Shown in pieces: positions 1 through 6,377 of a DNA stretch of 38,408 bases (its first letter is position 1; each line of letters starts with the position of its first letter). A program made the translations under genes and the position numbers. This DNA is from a virus. Its lineage: Duplodnaviria > Caudoviricetes. Under the pieces are notes generated by a model, which did not search any database, was not told where the DNA came from, and saw only the letters and a program-made list of their open reading frames with translations. Location: IMG/VR virus record IMGVR_UViG_3300002091_000055, positions 1 to 38,408 of that record. The stretch is one strand, 5' to 3'.

Positions 1-97
1 AATACGGCTGGCTTGACCTGGTTGGTACTCAATGGCCGGATGAAAAAGTTCCGGCTCACGACCCTCAAGCAAATCTATCCAGCCCTGCTGGTGGGGG
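1..97. repeat. Terminal direct repeat (copy 1), identical to 38312..38408; circular-assembly overlap
   Basis: AATACGGCTGGCTTGACCTG...GCTGGTGGGGG is present at both ends; the terminase frame runs uninterrupted across the join. Confidence 0.95.
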
Positions 98-390
98 TAG
101 GTTTCCCTGTTGAGGAACGTGCGTCGAAACGACGCGAAATCCCCAATCGGTTCCCTACCCGTAGTTTTTACTTCTTTAAGAACGGCACGAGCGTTATCAA
201 CGTCCCGTTTGAACTCTGGGTGGTCGCGGCGGGAAGCCTCATACCAAGACAACGACCTGCCCACTTTTGCCAAAGCGGTAGGGTTAGTGGCACCAGTAGC
301 GATCTCAGCGAGGAACAACCGGCGGGCTTCATTGGGTGAAAGATCAGAACCAGGTTTACGACCCGACCGACCTTTCTTACCCTCAGCCAT
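1..390 (-). CDS. terL: Terminase large subunit, N-terminal part (continues across the origin into 38311..36779)
   Basis: ATG at 390-388 overlaps the upstream stop (TAATG); MAEGKKGRSGRKPGSDLSPNEARRLFLAEIATG...RETYPHQQGWIDLLEGREPELF is in frame with ORF 36779..38383, giving about 640 aa. Confidence 0.9.
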   Translation of the reverse strand, partial: MAEGKKGRSGRKPGSDLSPNEARRLFLAEIATGATNPTALAKVGRSLSWYEASRRDHPEFKRDVDNARAVLKEVKTTGREPIGDFASFRRTFLNRETYPHQQGWIDLLEGREPELFHPAIEYQPGQASRI

Positions 391-587
391 TACTTACCCT
401 TCTTAGAAACCTTCTTAACACCACTAACTTTCTTCAAACTAGGGTTAGCCTTAACAGCTTTCGGTGAAGCCTTACGAGCAGCGGAAGCCAAAATGGCTGA
501 AGCACCACTTTTAGAAATACCCTGTTTCTTAGCAATACCAGCAGCAACCTTAGCAAACCCAGGATGAACCTTTTTACCAGCCATCAC
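390..587 (-). CDS. Small Lys/Ala-rich basic protein
   Basis: 65 aa, highly basic, stop/start overlaps with both neighbours. Confidence 0.75.
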   Translation of the reverse strand: MMAGKKVHPGFAKVAAGIAKKQGISKSGASAILASAARKASPKAVKANPSLKKVSGVKKVSKKGK

Positions 588-811
588 TTGCCACCCTTAA
601 CTGACTTCTTCACAACCTTTTTAATAGGCACCGACTTCTTAACCTTCGAAACAAGCGAAACATCCTGCTTCTTATCCTGGGCAGAAGTCTTATTCATCTT
701 ATTCATCTTAGAATCAGCTTTGTTAAAAGCCGCGCGCTGAGCGGGCGTAAGCTTCTTCGTCAAAGCAGCATTCTGCTTCTTATCAGCCTTTTCATTAAAC
801 TTAACAGCCAC
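584..811 (-). CDS. Small Lys-rich basic protein, first gene of the late operon
   Basis: ORF 584..853; GTG at 811 is the more likely start (VAVKFNEKADKK...); C-terminal KGGK codons supply the RBS of the next gene. Confidence 0.65.
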   Translation of the reverse strand: MAVKFNEKADKKQNAALTKKLTPAQRAAFNKADSKMNKMNKTSAQDKKQDVSLVSKVKKSVPIKKVVKKSVKGGK

Positions 812-1190
812 GACAATCCAATCGGGTAATAGATCACTTAAAGGGTAAAACAATGTAAAAAACTAAGGGAGCAATAAACCGTGAGTAACTGCGACAAAGG
901 AGCAGTTACGAACCACTACCCTGCTTCTACGCTCAACGCTCCGAAGCACCAAGCGAAGGAGCAACAGTGAGAGCAGCTCGTCGCTACGCTCCTCACTGCT
1001 CTGTAAAACCCCTCACTATATAAACGGCGTGGAAAACACGACAACACCACGCAACGTTACCAAATTGTTATAAACTATTTTATCGAACCCTTACAAACAC
1101 TGGCCCCAGCAAATAACGAAAAAAATTTGGGGGGACATTATAATACTATTTATCCCGCCGTTTATCATCGTGGGGTCAGCCTATCGTGCG

Positions 1191-1274
1191 CTAGGTTACC
1201 GGTGGGTAACTTACGCTGCCGTAGGTTACGGTTGGGTAACTTACTGTACAGTAGGTTACTGCCAGGTAACTTAG
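1191..1274. repeat. 15-bp-periodic array of GTA(AC/GG)TTAC units separated by 6-nt spacers
   Basis: ctaGGTTAC-cggtgg-GTAACTTAC-gctgcc-GTAGGTTAC-ggttgg-GTAACTTAC-tgtaca-GTAGGTTAC-tgccag-GTAACTTAg. Confidence 0.85.
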
Positions 1275-1364
1275 ATACCAGAACTACACTTCATGTATTC
1301 TAATACAGGTATCCGGAGTTCTGTAATGTAGGTATGTGATGGGCGACACTCTGCCGGTGGGGCT

Positions 1365-1385
1365 TGTGGATAAGGTTGTGGATAA
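1365..1385 (-). promoter_or_regulatory. Two tandem consensus DnaA boxes
   Basis: TGTGGATAA (reverse complement of TTATCCACA) at 1365-1373 and 1377-1385. Confidence 0.7.
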
Positions 1386-1448
1386 CTATTTAGGGTTGTT
1401 TTAGGGTGAGCGTTATCAAACTGTTATCTTTCCAGGCGTGTTTACCTA

Positions 1449-1476
1449 TTGACACCGTTCCCCTGTTGTGTATGCT
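1449..1476 (+). promoter_or_regulatory. Housekeeping-sigma promoter of the early operon
   Basis: TTGACA-16 nt-TATGCT with TGTG just upstream of the -10, about 45 nt before the first early ATG. Confidence 0.7.
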
Positions 1477-1521
1477 TAGGGGTGTCGGGAAAGGTTCCCG
1501 CGTAATGGTTAGGGGTTAGAT

Positions 1522-1803
1522 ATGATGAAACTAGACCCGCGCGCGGTTAGCGCGATTATTCACGCCAAGACGACTAATGACGCGAGCGGTAACCCGCGCC
1601 GGTGTTTCGTTCTGCTCAATGGGGCGGGGCAGGTTCTGGCGGTGACTGATGAGGGTTATTCGGGTGATGGGGCATGGTGGCAGCTGATCCAAGACAGGGC
1701 GGACGGTAGGCACGCCCGCGACGGGGTAGAACCGTCCCCCTTTGCGGTGACCGTTACCCCCGCTGAATACCGTCGCTTGATTCGATGGGACGTAACGGCA
1801 TGA
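1522..1803 (+). CDS. Hypothetical early protein
   Basis: 93 aa ORF, preceded by GGTTAGGGG 6 nt upstream. Confidence 0.75.
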   Translation: MMKLDPRAVSAIIHAKTTNDASGNPRRCFVLLNGAGQVLAVTDEGYSGDGAWWQLIQDRADGRHARDGVEPSPFAVTVTPAEYRRLIRWDVTA

Positions 1804-1964
1804 CGCGCAAACACTTTCAAGCGGTAGCCGACGCCCTGCGGGTTAGCGATGCACCCCCCGACGCGGTTAGGGATATCGCCCTAGCCCTGGCGGATGTATT
1901 CGCGGGGCAGAATCCCCTATTTGATAGGGAGCGATTTTTGACGGCCTGCGGGGTGACACCATGA
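1800..1964 (+). CDS. Small phage protein (MTRKHF...NPLFDRERFLTACG), not in ORF track
   Basis: 54 aa, ATGA overlaps at both ends; resembles the NPxFDxxRFLxACG family of small phage proteins. Confidence 0.75.
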   Translation: MTRKHFQAVADALRVSDAPPDAVRDIALALADVFAGQNPLFDRERFLTACGVTP

Positions 1965-2086
1965 GCTTAGGGACGGGGCTAGGACTTTATGGCTTGTTCA
2001 TGGCGGGCGTTATTGTTGGAACGTCGTGGATCATTGACCGATTCCCTGCCGTGTTTGGTTATGAGGATGAGGGGGTCGAACAATGA
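1961..2086 (+). CDS. Small membrane peptide, not in ORF track
   Basis: 41 aa MSLGTGLGLYGLFMAGVIVGTSWIIDRFP..., ATGA overlaps at both ends. Confidence 0.6.
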   Translation: MSLGTGLGLYGLFMAGVIVGTSWIIDRFPAVFGYEDEGVEQ

Positions 2087-2301
2087 CGCGCCCCCTACGC
2101 CTGACTAGGCGCGGGTGGATTCTGGCAGCAATAGCAGCTCTCGCCCTAGTTTATGGGCTTAGCGTGTTGTTATCGTTCAACCGTGGCCTAGTGCCCTGCG
2201 ATGCGGTGACTTATGACACGCCTAGCACGTTCCCCGCCGGTAGTGCCGGTGCCCGTGCGTTCGATGCGGAGAATGGCGCGGGGGTTATTATCTGCCGTTA
2301 G
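2083..2301 (+). CDS. Small membrane-anchored protein
   Basis: RLTRRG followed by one hydrophobic helix. Confidence 0.7.
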   Translation: MTRPLRLTRRGWILAAIAALALVYGLSVLLSFNRGLVPCDAVTYDTPSTFPAGSAGARAFDAENGAGVIICR

Positions 2302-2394
2302 GCTCTAATCTCGCCCCCTGGCATGATATGGTCAGGGGACGGGGTTACCGGCTAAGGGTTAGCGGGTAGAATCAAATTAGGTTAGGGGTTCACA

Positions 2395-3465
2395 ATGTCA
2401 GACATCACGGCAGCTAGGGCTAGGCAACTATCTAAGGCCCTGGCGATTACTAAGCCATCACGCAATATTAGGGGCGTGAGTGTGATCGAGCTGCACGCCG
2501 ATGCATCGGGGCTAAGGGTGCAGATTAGGGATAGTTCCGGAATGTTCGGTGTAGTCACCTTGACCGATGATCCGCAGCCGGTAGCGATTCATCAACTATC
2601 ACGCGATGCCCTAGCCTTATGGTGTAAGACTCTCAAGGCTAAGGATGCACTATCGGTCACGCTTGACGCGGGTATGGTTAGCCTCTCGCGTAATGGGCTA
2701 GTGACTAGTGGCCTGGCTGCCGATATTGTGGACACGTCGGGACTAATGGACACGTCGGAAATAGGTAACGCCCTTACAGGTATCGCCGTCCCGTGGAATG
2801 AGCTACCTGCCGTGCTATTGGCTGCCGGTGACGATGATTCTCTCCCCGTCCTAACGGCGGTTAGTGTTCGATACGGGGATCAAGGTGTAGCACGCCTAGT
2901 AACTACAGATAGATACCGTATGGTGCTTACCGATGCAAACATTATGCACTATGAGAATCACGCGCTAGTGCCTGCCGCCTGGCTAACTAAGGTGACTAAG
3001 CAACTAGGCGGTGGCTTATTGGCCTTGACCGATAAGCACGCGGTCATTAGTGATCCGGCTAACCCGTTCTGGCTTATGGGAACGCGCCTGCTTGACGGTG
3101 ATTATCCGGTAGTTGATTCTCTAGTACGCGATAGCTCCCCTATCGGGCTAGTGTTTGATTCTTCCGCGCTGCGGGATGCGGTGAAACTAATCGCCCCGTC
3201 TATTGCTAAGAATAATCCGGTGATCGTTGACCTGGTTGCCGGTGTATTACGCACATTAGAGGGTGAAACTACCGTGCCTATTCCCGCCTATTCGGGCGAT
3301 AGTGACGGGCTAGTAATCGGATTCAACCCTGCCTACCTAGTGGATTCTCTCGCCGGTATCACGGGTAGCGTGCGCTTCGACCTAGATTCTGCCGGTAAGC
3401 CCGCTATTATTACTAGTGAATCAACCGCCACGACGCGGGTGCTCATGCCCGTACGCCAACGATAG
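2395..3465 (+). CDS. dnaN: DNA polymerase III beta sliding clamp-like protein
   Basis: Motifs LPVLTAV, LVTTDRYRM, RLLDGDYP, IGFNPAYLVDSL, KPAII and C-terminal VLMPVR match DnaN domains 2-3; 356 aa. Confidence 0.85.
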   Translation: MSDITAARARQLSKALAITKPSRNIRGVSVIELHADASGLRVQIRDSSGMFGVVTLTDDPQPVAIHQLSRDALALWCKTLKAKDALSVTLDAGMVSLSRNGLVTSGLAADIVDTSGLMDTSEIGNALTGIAVPWNELPAVLLAAGDDDSLPVLTAVSVRYGDQGVARLVTTDRYRMVLTDANIMHYENHALVPAAWLTKVTKQLGGGLLALTDKHAVISDPANPFWLMGTRLLDGDYPVVDSLVRDSSPIGLVFDSSALRDAVKLIAPSIAKNNPVIVDLVAGVLRTLEGETTVPIPAYSGDSDGLVIGFNPAYLVDSLAGITGSVRFDLDSAGKPAIITSESTATTRVLMPVRQR

Positions 3466-3476
3466 GGGAATAGATC

Positions 3477-3683
3477 ATGAATCAACGCAATATGGAAGAA
3501 CTTGCTGCCGTATCCTGGGATGCGAAGATGCTACTAAGCCGCCTGGGAACGCTTGATATTATGGTGACTAACGATGCCATGCCTGAGCAGTTACGGGATA
3601 GTCTGATCAATGTAATCGAGAGTGTTGCGCGGTTCACCTATCGGTCAGAGTGGGCACTAGATTCTGACCTCATGGTGGACTAA
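3477..3683 (+). CDS. Hypothetical protein
   Basis: 68 aa ORF with AGGGG RBS. Confidence 0.65.
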   Translation: MNQRNMEELAAVSWDAKMLLSRLGTLDIMVTNDAMPEQLRDSLINVIESVARFTYRSEWALDSDLMVD

Positions 3684-3780
3684 CTGAGGGTGTCGCTGCC
3701 AGGTGATGCCCTAGCCGGTAGGTTAGGGTGTCGCCTAGTGCCGATAGCCGGTGCTAATTAACAATGGTTAGGGGTAATAC

Positions 3781-3954
3781 ATGATTACGCATGAAAGAAT
3801 ACCTTATTCGAACGTCCTGATCCTGAGCTGCACCGTCACCGATGGCTCTATGGTATGGCTTGAAACTAGATCATATCAAGGGTATCCCGTGCGCGAGGCT
3901 AAGAAGATTCACCGCGACTACCTGGCACACAATGGCCTAACTATTGTGGACTAA
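3781..3954 (+). CDS. Hypothetical protein, not in ORF track
   Basis: 57 aa MITHERIPYSNVLILSC...NGLTIVD; GGTTAGGGG 6 nt upstream of the ATG. Confidence 0.7.
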   Translation: MITHERIPYSNVLILSCTVTDGSMVWLETRSYQGYPVREAKKIHRDYLAHNGLTIVD

Positions 3955-4049
3955 TCTAGCGAACTTGCCTGATGTACCGGCTGCGATGCCGGTATGTCGG
4001 GTTGGATCACTAGCATAGGGCTAGAGATACATAATGAAAGGTTAGGACA

Positions 4050-4544
4050 ATGGGATACTACGTTCACATTACATACAGTAATGCAGTAATACCGGCGGAG
4101 AATCTTCCGGCCGCGCTTGATGCGTTGCGTGAGCTTGATGCACGGGATGATCTAAAATCTGGCGGGTCGAGCGCGGGTGCTAAGTGGTTCAGTTGGATGA
4201 ACGACTTTGACCTGGCTAATGCGCCTAGCGTGGCTAGTGTGCTCGAGCGGCTAGGTTTTGATGTATCAGAAGATGAATGGGGTGGATTATCTATTGAGGG
4301 TTATGAGGATAAGACAGGTGATGAGGGAATCTTTATTCAAACATTAGCCCCATACATTGAGACAGGTTCACACGTCGAGTGGCAGGGTGAGGATGGCGAG
4401 GCTTATCGTTGGCACTTTCACCACGGCCTAATGACAACGGAATATGACCGGCGACTACCGTCCTGGCAACATACAGATAACCCTATTGAGGCTCACCTAA
4501 AACTGTCAGCTGTGTTTGCAGCAAACAAGACTAGTTTAGTCTGA
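4050..4544 (+). CDS. Hypothetical acidic protein
   Basis: 164 aa, GAAAGGTTAGGAC upstream. Confidence 0.8.
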   Translation: MGYYVHITYSNAVIPAENLPAALDALRELDARDDLKSGGSSAGAKWFSWMNDFDLANAPSVASVLERLGFDVSEDEWGGLSIEGYEDKTGDEGIFIQTLAPYIETGSHVEWQGEDGEAYRWHFHHGLMTTEYDRRLPSWQHTDNPIEAHLKLSAVFAANKTSLV

Positions 4545-4719
4545 TGCTTGGTGACATCCTTGGCGCGGCGGTGTTCATAGTGCTTGCCGTGGTGTTGCCG
4601 ATAGTGATTCATTATTTGTTTGACTAATCCTAGTGGTTTTGCTTGGTGCCCGTAGTGGGGAAGCTACGGGTATCGGGTTCGGCACTAGGCCGATATCGAA
4701 ACAATGAAAGGTTAGGACT

Positions 4720-4908
4720 ATGAATGCGAAACTAATGATGCACGACTGTCCCACACCTGTGCGGGAAGTCATGATCGAATCGGTCGATGAATGGAACACC
4801 CGCTGGAATAGTGAAATGGTGTTCAAGGTTCTTGATTTGCAAACAGGTATCCGTGTATGCGCTCATGCTAGTGAGCTTTGGCTTGAGGGTGTGAGCTGCA
4901 ATGCCTGA
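4720..4908 (+). CDS. Hypothetical protein
   Basis: 62 aa, GAAAGGTTAGGAC upstream. Confidence 0.7.
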   Translation: MNAKLMMHDCPTPVREVMIESVDEWNTRWNSEMVFKVLDLQTGIRVCAHASELWLEGVSCNA

Positions 4909-5272
4909 ACCCTATGTGGGACACCGTGAAAGCAACAGGGAATGGTGGGATTTTGCTGACTGTGGTGGCCTGAAGCCAACCTGGTGGGATACTGACATTG
5001 GCAAACAAGACCATAACCTGACCATCGAAAACCTTTACGCCATCACGATATGTATTGGCTGCCCTGTACAGAATGAATGCTTAGCCGATGCTTTACGAAA
5101 CGGCGGTGAACATAACATCAGGGCTGGTCTGACACCTTGGAACCAGACTGAACTGATCAACACGGGTTCAACTTATTCACGCCCGTTGAGGGTTTTGAAC
5201 AAACTACTAACATTGACCGATGATGTGAACACGGTGGTGACACAGGCATACGGTGTGCTTGGTGACAAATGA
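4901..5272 (+). CDS. whiB: WhiB-family transcription factor (divergent)
   Basis: WWDFADC...AITICIGCPVQNECLADAL (four Cys) then NIRAGLTP in place of G[IV]WGGLT. Confidence 0.8.
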   Translation: MPEPYVGHRESNREWWDFADCGGLKPTWWDTDIGKQDHNLTIENLYAITICIGCPVQNECLADALRNGGEHNIRAGLTPWNQTELINTGSTYSRPLRVLNKLLTLTDDVNTVVTQAYGVLGDK

Positions 5273-5445
5273 AAGCTGATGAACGTCTTGATGAGTTCAT
5301 GTTCATGCTATCCTTGAAGGAAAGTCCTGAACATATTGCACGCCAGATGGGTGTGCAACTAAAATCCATTGAAAGAATGTGGTATCGAACTAAGAAGGAG
5401 AGGCCACCGTGGGTGCAACAGAGAATGAAATCATTGAACAGCTAA
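5269..5445 (+). CDS. Small helix-turn-helix protein, not in ORF track
   Basis: 58 aa, SPEHIARQMGVQLKSIERMW HTH pattern; ATGA overlap with whiB. Confidence 0.65.
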   Translation: MKADERLDEFMFMLSLKESPEHIARQMGVQLKSIERMWYRTKKERPPWVQQRMKSLNS

Positions 5446-5675
5446 ACAAAGTGTTTGATCCAGAAGATAGACCTTTTACCATTGACAAAGGGCAGGTCAC
5501 GTTTGAAACAACCGATGGTGATACTGCCTGGTTGTTTGAGTACGATGGTCAAGTGTATGCGAGTCTATTCTCTTACCGCGACAACTCCGAAACTTGGTGG
5601 GCTGACGAGCGCGAGGTAGGCCCTTACGGTGATGCGGTTGAGGCCGTCAAACATTTGGCTGGTTGGAATGACTGA
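5409..5675 (+). CDS. Hypothetical protein
   Basis: 88 aa, GTG start with AAGGAGAGG RBS. Confidence 0.7.
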   Translation: MGATENEIIEQLNKVFDPEDRPFTIDKGQVTFETTDGDTAWLFEYDGQVYASLFSYRDNSETWWADEREVGPYGDAVEAVKHLAGWND

Positions 5676-6168
5676 AAATCAAACCGTTCCATCATGGTTG
5701 TTATTGTTGTGTGCCGGTCTTGTGGTGTTGCTGCTTGGTGAAATCCTTGTGTTGAACCGTGAGGATCAGGTGAGGCTACAATCTTTACCTAAAACCATGT
5801 TATCTTCCCAACCTGAAGCACATAAACCACACACAACACACCATCAGAGGGCACACAAGCCCGTTTCACGGTCTTATACCCGCATCCTTAACCTTTCCTC
5901 GCCTGCTAGGCGTTATGCCTTTACATTGGTTCCTGTTGAGCCACAGATGGCTTGCCTGATTATGCTTTGGGATCACGAGTCAGGCTGGAGTCCCACATCA
6001 GACAACCCCACATCGTCTGCCTACGGCATCCCACAAATCTTGGGGCTAAAAGCCAAGACGGGTAACGATTACAAGGCCCAGGTTCGAGCAGGTTTATCGT
6101 ACATCAAACATCGTTATGGTTCACCGTGTTCAGCTTGGGTGTTCTGGCAGAATCACAGGTGGTACTGA
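5668..6168 (+). CDS. Membrane-anchored lytic transglycosylase (SLT-like)
   Basis: N-terminal TM helix; CLIMLWDHESGW...NPTSSAYGIPQ...GLSYIKHRYGSPCSAW; start 5668 preferred over 5629. Confidence 0.85.
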   Translation: MTENQTVPSWLLLLCAGLVVLLLGEILVLNREDQVRLQSLPKTMLSSQPEAHKPHTTHHQRAHKPVSRSYTRILNLSSPARRYAFTLVPVEPQMACLIMLWDHESGWSPTSDNPTSSAYGIPQILGLKAKTGNDYKAQVRAGLSYIKHRYGSPCSAWVFWQNHRWY

Positions 6169-6377
6169 TGGGCTGGTCGTTTGCGCTTGCTGCCGGATCA
6201 ATGACCGGACTATGGATTGCTGGGAAGCGACCCTTGCAAGGCTGGCTAATACTATTGGGCATGGAAGTATTGTGGTGCTGGTACTCGGTAGCCACCAAAC
6301 AGTACGGGCTTGGTGTCCTATGCTTAGCCTACGGAATAATCTACTTTGCCAATACTGTTAGGGAGTTAAAAAAATGA
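6168..6377 (+). CDS. Small multi-pass membrane protein
   Basis: MGWSFALAAG..., three short hydrophobic segments, TGATG overlap with the upstream gene. Confidence 0.7.
   Translation: MGWSFALAAGSMTGLWIAGKRPLQGWLILLGMEVLWCWYSVATKQYGLGVLCLAYGIIYFANTVRELKK

Noticed and set aside
1-97. Terminal repeat as a biological genome end
   Set aside because: It falls in the middle of the terminase gene; this is the pattern of an assembler overlap on a circular contig
1005-1022. AAAACCCCTCACTATATA resembling a T3/T7 promoter
   Set aside because: No single-subunit RNA polymerase is recognisable; the sequence reads better as a minus-strand element
1191-1274. Mini CRISPR array
   Set aside because: Repeats of 9 bp and spacers of 6 bp are far too short, and there is no cas operon
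1390-1520. Telomere-like TTAGGG repeats
   Set aside because: Scattered rather than tandem; explained by the GGTTAGG start motif and regional TAG bias
2729-2758. TGGACACGTCGG duplicated at an 18-bp period in the clamp gene
   Set aside because: In-frame micro-duplication in a probable linker; no sign of function
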